From positions 15,293,918 to 15,357,917 of the forward strand of contig CM119270.1 in the NCBI GenBank assembly GCA_051294375.1: 64,000 nt of DNA, written 5' to 3'. This DNA is from Paraspadella gotoi. Lineage: Eukaryota > Animalia > Chaetognatha. Below, one piece after another: positions 11,867-25,383 of this stretch (its first letter is position 1; each line of letters begins with the position of its first letter). The position numbers and the translations under genes are program-made. The notes under the pieces were generated by a model. That model saw only the letters and a list, made by a program, of their open reading frames with translations. It had not been told where the DNA came from and did not search any database.

Positions 11867-14800
11867 TCTCTCTCCTCTCTCCGCTGCTCTCTTTCGCTCC
11901 GTCTCCTCTCTCTCTCTTCTCTCTCTTCCTCTCTCTCTCTCCTCTCTCTCTGATCTCTCTCTCTCTGTCTCTCTCGCTCTCTCTCTCATCTCTCCTGCCT
12001 CTCTCTCCTCTCACCTCTCGGCTGTGCCACTCTCTCGTTCTCTCTCTGCTCTCCTGCTTATCCCGGTGACTCGTTTTTCTCGACCCCCGAATCCGCGCAC
12101 CGAAATCCTCTCATCGAATTTCCGGTCCTTCCGAGTCAAAGAAGGTCTTTTCAACCTTTCGCTCTGGTCGTCTGTCGTGCGTTTCGCTCGTGATTCAATC
12201 GCTGTCGCTCATCTTCATCCGCCATCGAATCGTCGTCGTCTTCGTCGTTGTTCATTGACTGTCGTCGCTCTTCGTTCGGTCGTTCTCTCCATCTTCGACA
12301 TTGTTGCATACGTCGTCTTCGTCGCGCGCCATCATCGTCGTCCGAGCTCTTCGTCGTCGTTCATCGTCCGTACGTCTTCGTCTGTCGCCCGTCGTCGTCG
12401 TCCTCGAGATCTTTTCGTCGCTTGTCTTCGTGGCGTCATCGTCGATCTCGTTCTCGTCCTTCGTTCATCGTCGTCGTCCTCGTCGTCGTCGCATCGTCGA
12501 TCCGTCCTCGTCTCGTGCGTCCTCGTCGTCGTCGGCATCATGACGTCGCGTCATCGATGTTGTTTTTTATGTCTGTTACTTATTTGTTTTTTTTATTCTG
12601 TTTTTTTTTGGTTTTTTTTTCGCTGTTGTTCTGTTGTTTTGATTTTGGTCGAGGGTCGTTTATCTCGTTATCCGTGTTTCGGATATTTCATCATGAAGAA
12701 TTCGTCGCAACTTCGAGGAAACTTGGTTTTTATTCTAATAATGATCGCGGAGGACGACTAAGTATTAAGTATCACACTAAAATTATCTAAACGTGCCCCT
12801 TTTAAAAAAAAAAAAACGAACTGGAAACATCAATTCTTATGCTTTTTTTTTTTGAAGAAAAACATAATTCAAAGCTTAACTCACCCAAGGTTTTAAGAAA
12901 GTAAAAAGCTCCTAACCTTCTCTGCCTTACCCTCTCATCTCTCCAAATTTTTCGCCCTCACCGCTCGACTCTTCTCTCGCCGCCCCCAAACCAAAACAGG
13001 AGATTTCCTTCGGCGTCGGATTCGGTTTTTGGAAATTGGAGAGAAAATGGAGGATTAACTCAGATATCAGTATTCAAATCTCAAATCGAGAATCTCTCTT
13101 CTTCGCACAAACGGTTGTGATATCGCCTCCGCCGCTTCGAAAGCAAAACTCAATGGGCAAAGTGAAATCATCATCATCAATCATCATAAACTCTTTTGCC
13201 TCTCTCTGCTCTCTCTCTCGTCTCTCTCTCGTCTCTCTCTCTCTCTCTCTCATCGACTCGATTACGAATTTTTTGTCTTGTTTTTTTAAGTTACTAATAC
13301 TTCACCCCTATTCTTGCTCCATCTCTCACCTCATTTCTCTCTTTCCTGATCGCTTCTCTAGACTAGCCTCTCTCCGACATCATCTGCACTGTCCCATTCC
13401 TTTCTCTTACTCTTTTTCCTCCTCTTCTCCTCCTTATCTCCTCATCTCTCTCGCAATCGGTCTTCTCTCTCTCCTCTTCATTCTGCTCTCTCCTCATCAT
13501 CTAGTCGCTCTTCTCTCTCGTCTTCTTTCCTGCGTTTTGCCCTCTGGGAAATAGCTAAGGAAAAGTAATCAATATTAAACGTCAATTAAAGTCAATTAAC
13601 AATTTGTAAATATTCTTCGAGAAATACTCATGGTAGCCTATTTTAGTCCCGTCAAAGGTGACTAAAGCCGCCTTGTATTAATTTCATTGTCTATTTCGGT
13701 CTACCGTCGTCATGGCTCGTGCTGCACGGATGTTCTCGTTTTCTCTTCTCTCCTCTACTCATGCTCTCATCTCTCTTCTCTCTCTATCTACCTTTTTCTG
13801 ACTGCTCTCGTACTTTCATACGGATGATCGAAATTTTTGTGCTACTTGTTATCTTCTCAGTGATGCTAAGAACTTGATCACCACCTAATATACCTCTCTA
13901 CTCGTCTCTCTCGTCTCTTGCTCCTCCTCTCTGTCCTCTCGTCTCGCTCTCTCTGCATTCTTCTGGTCGTCTCCGTCGTCGTCTTCTCTCGTCTCTTTTC
14001 TGTCTTCGCCCCTTTTTGGAGTTCTTTTTCCTCTCTCTTAAAAAAAAAAAAAAAAAGAAAAAAGAAAAACCATAACAAAACATCGTGAAAATTGTCGGAG
14101 ATTTGAGCATCCATTATCGTCACCTTTTCACGAGGTTAAAGAAACCAAATTTTGTTTGAGCCAAAATTCAAAGTTATAAGCTGGTTTACGCGACACGCAG
14201 ATAGCTTATCGTCGTCTTGTCTAAAAAAAAACCTTTTAAATAAAAATCAGCTCATTAAACCTTCGCCGAACGAAACTTCGCAACCTGTGCGACCTGTGCG
14301 CCACGAGCCATATATATCCGTTTTCGTATTTTAGTTTATAACGAGATTAAAGCGAATCTGATAACGTCATGGCAAGAGTATCAAGCCACCGAAAGCAAAT
14401 CGGATCGGACATCGACCTTTATAAAATAAAAAAAACAAACAAATGAACTATCAGTTTAGAATTCAATACCTGTTTGTTTGATTCATGTTTTTGTAAATGA
14501 ACTTAGATTAAAGTTTCCAAAAAAAAAAATCTTGTGGCTTCGAAAAGAAACTCGAGTCATCGACGAGATTTCTCGACTTCTCATTGTTGCGGTTTAGATT
14601 TCCTCGATGCGACTCGACGAGCTGCTCGTCCTGCTCGATCGGCTGCTCAACCAGCTCATCTCGCTCGATTCAGTTGATCCAACTCGAAGAAAGAGCATTT
14701 TTTCAACTCGATTTTCGAAAGAGAAAGAGAAAGAGAAAGANNNNNNNNNNAAAAACAATTGAAAGTTTATCCTCGGATTTTTAAAATCTCATCTTCTCAT

Positions 14801-14893
14801 CCTCGACCGTCGTCGTTATCGTCGTCGTCGTCATCGTCTTCCTCCCCGCTTTTCCATTCTCTAATCTACTCCATCCTCTTCGCCCCTCCTCTC

Positions 14894-14928
<35 letters not shown>

Positions 14929-15134
14929 ACTCTCTCTCTCTCTCTCTCTCTTCCATTCTCCCGCCGTCCAAAACCCGGTTCGTCAAGAAGACGCCACCCT
15001 CTCGGGCACTGTCCTCTTCCCTCAGACGTCCGCTCTTCTTCCTCCTATAGACTCATCCCACGTCGCTGCATCTTCCTCGTCGCCGCTCTTCCCCCTCCCC
15101 TAGGACGCCATTGATTCGACGGGCGTGGACGATC
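9228..15134 (+). repeat. Large duplicated block, copy 2 (partial)
   Basis: Starts tgataaatattatgcctcgccac (matches 4828). Ends gattcgacgggcgtggacgatc (matches ~24317-24338) at a 100-N gap. Confidence 0.9.
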
Positions 15135-15289
15135 NNNNNNNNNNNNNNNNNNNNNNNNNNNNNNNNNNNNNNNNNNNNNNNNNNNNNNNNNNNNNNNNNN
15201 NNNNNNNNNNNNNNNNNNNNNNNNNNNNNNNNNNGAGGGAGGAGAAAAGAGAAGAGAGGAGAAGGGAAGAGAGAGGAAGAGAGGAGAAG

Positions 15290-18200
15290 AAGAGGGAGAG
15301 AGAAGAGAGAGAGGAGGACAGGAGGGAGAGAGAGAAAGAAAAAGAAAGGACCGGCGTTGAAAAGGGAAACAAAAACCTCGGGGGACCGGCTTGTCGGGGA
15401 AATTTGGTCCATCGTTCTTTCTTTTCTTCTCTCTTCTCCCAAACTCGGTTATAAACCCCTTTCTTCTTTTATTTTCTTTACCTCTTTCCTTCTCTCTTCT
15501 CTTTTCCCTTTTCTTCCCTCTTCCTCCTCTTCTTTTCTCTCTCTCCTTCTTCTCTTCTCTCCTCCTTTTCTCTTTTTCTTTTCTTCAATCTCTTTTTCTC
15601 TTTTTCTCTCTCTCTTCGGTCTTTTTCATTAAACTCACCAAAGGGCTAAAATTCGAGGTCGGGTGTTTTTTTCCCCGCCCCAAAGGTCGATCACCCTCGA
15701 AAATTTTCTTTCAAAAACTCCAACTTCGTCGAATGAAGTTGGGTGTTTATGAAGGGGACGAATTCGGGACGGGCACGCTAACGACGGACGAATGAGAACA
15801 CGGGGCGTCGATGGACGGGGGACGACCGACGGAGGAAGTGAAAATCGTTTCGCCGCAAAGTTGCCAATGTGTGAGGCAAAACTTTTCAAGGGCTATTATT
15901 TTTTTTTAAGGGTTTTGTCTATTTTAAACATCTCTAAACAAAAGTAACCAACAATTAAAAACAAACTTTTAACTTTCAAAACAACAAAACATAACCAAAT
16001 TAAAACAAAACAAACAAAACAACAAAAAAAAACAGGGAAAACAACAAAACTAAAACCGGGGAACGACGAAACCAAATAACCACAATAGAAAACAACCCCC
16101 AACAGCGGCCACCAGTACCGTCATTTTTTCAATTACCCCACCCACCCCCCAAAAAACTTTCCCACCCCCCACGGTCAAACAACAAAAACAAAACACAACA
16201 ATGTTGACGAACGGGGAGGGAAATTCCCAAATTTTCCCCGGCTGACCCCACGGGAACCAAGAATTTAAAAAGATTCAAAAAAAAACAAGGAGGTGGGGCG
16301 AACAAATTTTCTCTTTAAGGGGGGGCCATTAACAGACGGAACAAAAAAACAACAACAACGACAAACCACCGTGACCGGAAACCCCGCGAAAGAAAACAAA
16401 TAGAAAAAACCATTTTGTTAATTTGACTCGTTGGTATTGTTGTGTGTTTGAGTGAAAAACGGGCCCAAAACGTGGAGGAATAGCATTTTCAGCCCGGCCA
16501 GATTGCCGGTTGAAGGGAAGGGAGGGGGAAAAGTGCGGCCAGGGAAGTTTGGTTTTATTTCGTTTGGGAATTTGGATCCTGGGCTCGGGTTGCAATTGGG
16601 TTAAAAAATAAAAGGGAGATAATTAAAAGAGGAACATATTTCCTTGTTAAACCGGGCTAAAAACCCAAACCCAAAATCTGGTTCCAAAAAACTTTCCAAG
16701 GGGCCAAGATAGCTTATTTATTAAATGAAATGGATAATTTAAAAATAAAGTTGTAAACCCATTTTTTCTTTCATAAAGTGGGGCTAAATATTAAGATTAA
16801 AACTTTAAAGAAGAAAATTGGTGACTTTTTCTTATTACCCGGTCCCGCATGCACCTAAAAAGATGAATTTTTTTTCCACCGTACCATTTCACCCAAAAGG
16901 GTAAATGGGATATTTCAACCCCAAATGTCTTTTGAAAGAAAGTTTAATTTCCGGGCCGATGTCTTGGGTATTGTTATTAAATTTTAAATAACTAAATCTT
17001 GCGAATGGAGGAGTATTTAAAATATTGTGAACAGTGTGTAATTTAGAAAGTAAATAAATGATAGAAAAGTTGTAGGTTTAAGGGATAGATAAGTATAGTA
17101 TTTCCCGAGCGTTCTGGGGGCCAAAGGCATGAGTTTAAAACAAAAAGTCATATATTAGTGCGGTGGTGTAGAGAATTTCCAATTTTCAACCACGGGCGGA
17201 ACACCGCTTTTCTGGAAAAAGAAACTGGGAGGGGGGGGGTAAAATAAAGGGAATATTAGGAAACCCTCCCGAGGGCGACACCCCAACTGGGGGCTCCGCC
17301 TTCAGGGCGGTTTTAATCCCGCTCGAAAAAACTGATAAGAAGGCCTTTTTTCCTCCTTTCCCAAACCGGAATATTGGAGCCCAAGGATTCTCCGAAGTCC
17401 ATTTCTTCTTAATCCTTCTTTCCCGGGGAACTATCTGAACCCTTTTATTTAAACTCCAACTTGCATATACCCCTGGCTTTATAAATTTTCTTTCTTTTCC
17501 CCACCTTACTGTCAGGGGGTTAGATAAGTTTCGGAACTTTCTAGGACCCAATTTAAGTGGACCCAATTGTGGAGGTCCGTCCCAAGGTTCCCCCAGGAAA
17601 AACCGATAAACGGAATTAAAAAGTAATTTTTGGGACGGAAAAAGAGTTGGTAATAGGTTTTTGGTTCTCTCCCCTCTTGTGAATTTTACTTCCCTTCCTT
17701 TCTCTTTTATACTCGCGGGGTAGACTGGAACCTCCAACCTCGATCCTCGATTAAATTGGATTTTTTCCGCTCTTTTGATTGGGCCCTGACCCTGAAGTTT
17801 TTGGGGAACATTTCCCAGGGGCTTTCTCTGGATTGGCCCTTTGGGGAAATTGAGAAAATATTCTCCCGGCTTTCTTGATTTGGGCCCGTGACCCCCTGGA
17901 GGGTTTAAAAAAAAATTTTTCCAGCTTTCTGATTTAAGCCCCCTGAGGAATTTGGTGGGAAATTTTTTTTTTCCAGCCTTCTCTGGATTGGGGCCCAGGG
18001 CCCCCAAGAGTTTGGACTCTCCAGGGCTCTTTCTGAATTGGGCCCTTTAAAAAATTTTTCGAAGGAAAACCCTTCCCTTTTTCTCTTCCCTCCTTCTCCC
18101 CCTCTTCCCTATATTTCATTCTTTCCCCGGGTTCCCCAGAATAAACAGAATTTTTTTCTTCATTTTCCTTTCGTTGTTGGCCAATTTCCGGGGTCCTCTT

Positions 18201-21200
18201 TCTCTGAATTAAATATTATTGCCTCGCCACTTTTCTTCAATAACTCGTTCCTCATTTATGAACCTAAGGTTTCTTTAACTGGGGTTAAAAAGCCAAACAA
18301 ATTAACTCCGGATTCTGGGCCAACCTCGGAAATTGTTTAAATACTTTTGTGATAACCCCACCGGGGGGGCATTATCGTTTTCAATTTTTAATTTTCAATT
18401 GGAAAACCCCCAAATGTGTTGGAACTCTTCGTTTTACGGATTGATTGCCCTATAATTATTATAAAATATAAATTGTTTCTTTTGGGACCCAATTTTCGGC
18501 CTATTTTTCTTTTCTTTAAAAGGTATTTTCTTAGGAATTCCACGTTAAAACCCCTTTGGACGGGGCCGGCGGGACTTTTTCAAAGCTTAAATTAAAAGGG
18601 AGGTGGAAAGACCAACAAAAAGTTTTCTTTGTAAGAGTAAAACTAAGGAAACTTGCCTAGTGATTTGGGCGTTTTTAAAATAATTAAAAAAAAAAAAAAT
18701 GGAACTGAAATAAACGGGTTGGATCTTACGTGATATCGGTGGAACGAGGAGGCTATGTCATTTTACGTAAAATTGTTATTGGAAGGAAATGAAATAATTC
18801 AAAAAAACATCAAAAAACAGAACAACAACCAAAACCAACAACAAAATTCCCAATATTTGAGGGAGAGGGAATACTAAGTTGAAGAAGAAGGGAAAAACCG
18901 CCAAAAAAAAGGAACTTTTTTTCCATTGGGGAACGGGAAATTTTTCTATTCTGGTTTCTTTGAAAATTAAAGATTGAGCTGAAGTTGTAAACGGGGAAAC
19001 TTCAAACCTTTCCGTTACAAACCCCCCAAAGAAACTTCTGAAAAAGAAGGAGCGGAGCCTTCTCCTTTTTTTATTTTAATTCTGTTTTCCGAACACACAC
19101 CAAGAGGAAGGAGAGGGAGATAGGGGAGGGTGAGGGAGGGAGAAGAAGGAGGAGAGAGGAGAGAGAAGGAGAAATAGACGAACAGAGGAGAGAGAAGAGG
19201 AGAGGAGAAGAGGAAAACAAGTCTCTGCGGCCACAATAATTTTATTTTTTTTATTTTAATCTTTTCACTTTTTTTTTTGTTTATTATTTAAATATTTTAA
19301 CTCCATTTGCTTTTTTTCAGTGCTTTGAAAGAAGGAAGTAAGTTTCACAAAAATTTTTCCCCTTGGGGCAAGGGAAGAAAAAAATTGCGCAAAACCAATA
19401 ACAACAATCCCTTTTTCAAGAAAATGCAACAAAAAACTTTCCAAAAAATCTTAAAAATAATAAAAAAACGCGGGAAATTTTTTTTTTCCCTTATATAAAA
19501 AAAAGGAAAAGAAGAAGAAAATTAAAAAAGAAAAAGGGATAGCTAAAAAAAAAAGAGAAACGCTTTAGGGGATAATGGCCGCTATTGTTTTTGAGGGAAA
19601 GGGGCTTCCAAACTCCAAATTCGTATTTTTTGAACTTTCAAATTTTAGAGAGGAGAAGAGAAGAGAGAAGAGAAGAGAGATTGGAAAATTTTAGGAGGGT
19701 GTTTTGGAAAACCGTGGGAGTATTATAGATAAAAAAGGGAGGCAATAATGGACAAGGAAAGGTGAAGAAGGAGGAGAATTAGGGGAATTAAATTGCGTCG
19801 AGGCTTTGAGGGAGGAAGGAGGGAGGAGGAAAAAGGGGAGAAGGAGGAGGAAGGAGGAAAACAAGAAGATTGAGGGGAGGGAGAGAGAAGAGGGAGGAGG
19901 GGACAAAAATTAAAAGGGAGAGAGAGGGGGAAAAAAGAAAAGAAGGGGAAAGAGAAAACAAAAAATTAGGAAAAGGAAAAAAGAAAAAAAAAAGAAAAGG
20001 GAAAAGAAAGTTTTTCAATCGTTTTGTCGGGAAAAAGGAGAGGGGTTAGAGGGCAGGGAAAAAGGAAAAAGGATTTTAAGAAAGAAGGGAAAAAAGAAAA
20101 GAAAAAGAAAAGGAAAAATTCGTCGGGAAAGGGTAAAAAGGATTTGTTTGTTTCAAGAGAAGGGAAGGAAGCATTAACGGGGATTGGGGAGGAGGAGGAA
20201 AAGGGTGGATTTTTTTTAAATTTTTTGAAAAAGGGCTTTTTTCCGAAAAAATTTTATTCCCCCGCCGCGGCCTCAAAAAAAAGTTAAAGGTATTTGATGT
20301 CGATTTCTTTGCCCCTTTTTCAATTAATTTTACTTCGTTTAAAGGTTTCGATCACGATCTTTTTCTTTTTTTTTGGCCATTGTTTTTCAAAAAGGGGGCA
20401 GAACTTTTGGTTTTTCTTGGGGCCAATTTTTTTCTTTTGTTTCCAATCTTTTTTTCCAACTGGAAAAAAGGGCCGGATTTTATTATTTTAAGGATATGGA
20501 TTTTAATTGAAGGATTTCGGAATCTTCTCCAAAAATTTTCTTTCCCCATTTAACAATATTTTGTAGGGTTTAATAATTTTTTAATTTTCTTGAATTTTTT
20601 CGAATTTAAAACTCTTGGGCTTTCCCGTTTACCTTTCTTTTTTTGCCCCCCTTTTTTCCCTTTTTCACCTTTTCCTACCTTATTTATTTTTTTTCCCAAA
20701 AACCCCGTTTCCCCTTTCCTCCCTTTCCTCTTCCTTTTCCCTCCCCCCCCACCCCCCAACCCTTCCCCCCCTCCCCCCTGTCTTCCAATTTTACACGTTA
20801 TAGGCTGGGAAGGATGAAAAAAATCCGGAACATTTGGACCCGGGAAAAGGAGGTTTCCGCGGGGCGAAAGGGATTCCCTCTTCTTTCTTTTTTTCGGGGG
20901 GTTGAAAAAGGGTCCGCGCTTTTCCGGGCGGCCCCCTTCACCCTTTTGGTTCGAGGTAAAGTTTTTTTCCCTTCCGTTTGGGGCGGCTGCTTTTCCGCGG
21001 CTTTTAAACCTGGAATTTCCTCTTTTCGAAATTGTTAATCCTGGAAAAGAAACCCCTCCGGCGCTTCTTTCCGGTTTAATTTCTAATTCTTTCCCCTCCT
21101 TTCTCTCTCGCTTTTCTTTTCCTCCCTTCTTCTGTTTTGTCCTCCTTTTTCTTTCTCTTTCTCCCTTCTGTCTCTTCTCTCCCTTTTCCCTTCTTCTTCT

Positions 21201-23039
21201 TTTCTTTTCCCCCCCCTTTTTCCTTTCCCCCTTTCTCTTCCCCCCTTTTTCTTTTTCCCCTTCCCTCTCCCCTTCTTCCCCCCTTTCCCCTCTCTTCTTC
21301 CCTTCTCTTCTTTTCTTCTTCTCCCCCTCTCTCTCTCCTCTTTTTTCTCTTCTTCCCTCTCTTTCCGGTGTGACTCGTTTTTCTCGACCCCGAAATCCGC
21401 GCCACGAAATCCTCCTCAATCGATTTCCGTCCTTCTCAGTCAAAGAAGGTCTTTTCACCTTTCGCTGGTCGTCGTTCGGTCGGTCGTGCGCGTCGTCGTT
21501 CGTCGTCGTCGTCTTTCGTCGCCATCATCGTCCATCGTCTTTCGTCGTGATTCATCGTCGGTCATCTTTCATCGCCATCCAAAATTTTCGGGGTCCCGTT
21601 TTCGTTTTTCTTTTTTTCGGTCGGGTTTTTTTCCCCATTTGGTGGGAAAACGTCGGTCGCTTTCGTCGTCGTTCCCTCATCTTCGACATTCATTTGTTCA
21701 TTCGTCGTCGTCGGTCTTCGTCGTGATTATTCGTCGTCGTTCTTCGGTCCGCCGTTCGTCGTCGTCGTCTGTCTTTGTCGTCCTATTTTTTCGTCGCCCG
21801 TCCGTCGTCGTTCGTCGACCTCGTCTTCGTCTTTCGTTCATCGGTCGTCGTCCTCGTTCGTCGTCCTCACTTGACGTCGTCATCGATGTTGTTTTTATGT
21901 CTGTTTATTATTTCTGTTGTTTTTTTTGTTGTTTTTTGTTTTATTTTTGGTCGTTATCCGTGTTTTCGGATTTTAAATCATGAAAGAAATTTCGTCGGAA
22001 ACTTCGAGGAATTGGTTTTTTACTAATAATGAGGGACGACTAAGTATTAAGTAATTAATCTAAACGTGCCCCTTTTAAAAAAAACGAAAAACTTTGGGAA
22101 CATCAATTCTTATTCTTTTTTTTTTTGAGAAAAAAGATTAAACGAATCAGAAAGACTAATATAATACAATATACAATTAAATTAGAATAATCATCTTTGA
22201 TCTTTCCCAAACAATGCAAGTTTTGCAAAGAGTTAACTCACCCAGTTTTTTAAAAAATAAAAAACCTTTGCCTCACTTCTCTGCCTTACCCTCTCATCTC
22301 TCCCACTTTTTCCCCTCACCTTCGACTCTTCTCTCCCCCCCCAAACCAAAACAGGAGATTTCCTTCGGCGTCGGATTCGGTTTTTGGAAATTGGAGAGAA
22401 ATGAGGATTTAACTCAGATATTCAGTTATTCAAATCTCAAATCGAGGAATCTCTCTTCTTCGCACAAAACGGTTGTGATATCCCTCCCCTTCGAAAGACA
22501 ACTCATGGCAAAGTGAAATCATCATCATCATCATAAGCTCTCTCTCTCTCCTCTCTGCTCCTTCTCTCTTCTCTCTCTCTTCTTCTCTCTCTCTCTCTCT
22601 CTTCTCTCTCTCCTCTCTTCGATACGAATTTTTTTCTCTTGTTTTTTTAGGTTACTAAAACTTCAACCCTATACTTCTCTCTCTCCCTCATTCTCTTCTT
22701 CTGTCTCTGAATCTTCTCTCTGACTTCACCCGCATTCTTTCACCCACATTAAACTCTTTTTTTCCTTTAAATCTTCTTTTCTCTCTTCTCTCTCTCTCTT
22801 CTCTTCTCTCTTTCTTCTCTCTCTCTCTCTCACTCTTTTTCTCTTGTTTTTTTAAGTTTTACCAGACTCACCCTATACTTTGCTTTCTCCTCATTCTCTC
22901 TCTGTCTTCTGAATCTCTCTCTCTGACCTCATCGCATTCCTTTTACACCACTCCCACAAACACCACACAACACACACACACAAACACACCAATCTCTCTC
23001 TCTTCTCGTTTTTTCTCTCTTCTCTCTTTATTTTCTCTT

Positions 23040-23075
<36 letters not shown>

Positions 23076-24340
23076 CTCTTCTCTACCTTTTCTGACTCTC
23101 TTTTCGTACTTTCCATTTACGATGGACGAAATTTTTGCTCTTGTTTTCTAAGTAGCTTAAACTTTCACCCTATTTACCTCTCTCTTCTCTCTCTCTCTCT
23201 CCTTTCTCTTTCTCTTCTACCTTTTTGACTCTTTTTCTGCTCTTAAAAAAAAAAAAAAAAAAGGAAAAACCACAAAAAACTGTCAAAATTGTCGGAGATT
23301 TGAGCATCCCATTATCGTCACCTTTTCACGAGGTAAAGAAAACCAAATTTTGTTGAGCCAAAATTCAAAGTTATAAGTTGGTTACGCGACACGCAGATTT
23401 GCTTATCGTCGTCTTGTCTAAAAAAAAAAACCTTTAAATAAAATTCAGCTCATTAAACCTTCCGCCGAACGGAAACTTCGCAACCTGTGCGCCTTTCAAC
23501 GCACGGAGCCATTTATATATCCGTTTTTCGTATTTTAGTTTATAACGAGAATTAAAGCGATTCTGATAACGTCATCGCAAGAGTATCAGGCACGAAAGCA
23601 AATCGGATCGGACATCGAACCTTTTAATAAAAAAACAAAAAAACAAATGAACTATTCAGTTTAGATTCAATACCTGTTTTATAACCTGTTTAAATGAACT
23701 TAAGATTAGTTTCCAAAAAAAAAAAATCTTGTGGCTTCGAAAGAAACTTCGAGTCATCGACGAGATTTCTCGACTTTTCTCATTGTTTGCGGTTTAGGAT
23801 TTCCTCGATTGCGATCGACGAAGCTGCTCATTTTTTTGCCTGCCTCGATCGCTGCTCAATCAGCTCGTCTCGCTCGATTCAGTTGATCCAACTCGAAGGA
23901 AAAGAGCATTTTTTTCAATTCGATTTTCGATTCGTCAGAAAAAGAAAGAAAAAAAAAACAATTGAAAGGTTTATCCTCGGAAATTTTTAAAAATCTCTCT
24001 TCTCATCCTCGACCGTCGCGTTATCGTCGTCGTCGTCGTCATCGTTTCCTCCCCGCTTTTTCCATTCTATCTTCTCTCCTTTTCTTCCCCCCTTCTCTCT
24101 CTTCTCTCTCTCTTCTCTCTCTCTCTCTCTTCTCTCTCTCTCGTCTCTCTCTCTTTCCATCTCCGCGTTCAAACCGGTTCGTCGGGGGCGGCCACCTCTG
24201 ACTCCTCTCCCTCAGGACGTTTTTTCCCCCCCGGCTTTTCTTTTCCTCCTATAGGACTCATCCCACGTCTCTGCTCTTCTCGTCGCCGCCTCTTCCCCCT
24301 CCCCTAGGACGCCATTGATTCGACGGGCGTGGACGATTCC
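15290..24340 (+). repeat. Large duplicated block, copy 3 (homopolymer-inflated)
   Basis: Same sequence order as 2640-9000 plus 13750-15134, with pervasive homopolymer expansion, strongest at 15.3-21.5 kb. Confidence 0.9.
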
Positions 24341-25340
24341 TTACTCGTTCGGGGCGTCGTCTTCTCGGCCGAATGAATCACGGAAAAAGTCGAGAGAAAA
24401 AGTGAGAATTGTTTCTCTCGAGTTGTTGAAGGACTGAGAGTGGAGAGCTGAGGAGAGTTCACGGAGGAAAAAAACGCAAAGTGGAAAAGTCGCGAAAAAA
24501 GTGATGGAAATTGGAGAGAACTATTTGACGGGTGAAATAGAGACGTTTCGTGTGAAACGAAGTTAAATGGGTGGTCGAAAAATGTAGAATGAGTTAATTG
24601 GGTGGTCAAATTAATTAAATATAATGAATGAAACTAATAAAAGGTTAACTTTTAAGAAAAAAAATTGTTGGCCTTTCTATTTTTTTTCCGCTAATAAATT
24701 AACTTACAAATAAACATTTAGACAAAAACGATTTAAAAAGGAGGAAATATTGAATTGAGAAGAAAAAAGGTAAGTAGAAGTAGGAAAGTTTAAAAGAAAA
24801 CGCAGTCGACCAGCGGGTTTTTTTTTTTTTATTACAATCATACGATCATACGATCATACGAAGAATGAGTTTGTAGACAAAAAAAGTTCTGGAAAAAAAA
24901 CATTCAATGAAACGACGGCAAAGGTGTGGACAAAGTCTCTTCTCTCTCCTCTCCTCTCTCTCCTCTCTCTCTCTCTTATTAATTATCCTAAAGCAAAGAT
25001 GTATTAGATTAATGCACCAATTTCAAAAAGTAAAACAGAAGTAACGAAAGCGACAAAAGTTTAACATAAACAATTCTTTTCTATCAACAACGCTCATCCT
25101 TCTCAACAATGAGGACAACGCCGATAGCCGGGGGGGGCCCCGCCCACGCCGGCCGTCGAAAAAACTCGCGTTTGTTTTTTGTCGGTGAAATGAATTTTCC
25201 ATTGCGGAATTTTTGATGTGTTGTCGACTTTTTCGTCTCTTCGAAGGAAACGAAATGATTTTGAAGATGAATCATTTCTTCTACTTCGTTTGCCAGGGTG
25301 CGTGGCGAAGGATCTCTCTCTCCTCTCTCTCTCTCCTCCT

Positions 25341-25383
<43 letters not shown>

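Noticed and set aside
11667-12790. Long ORFs of up to 313 aa (LS-, RE- and RS-rich)
   Set aside because: Translations of (CT)n and (GTC)n repeats; frames are not conserved between the duplicate copies.
17186-18007. 273-aa minus-strand ORF
   Set aside because: Arises only in the homopolymer-inflated copy; the cleaner copy (~4000-4680) has no such ORF.
20550-21726. 302-aa and 274-aa overlapping ORFs
   Set aside because: Low-complexity, error-rich sequence encoding homopolymer-codon residues (K, G, F, P).
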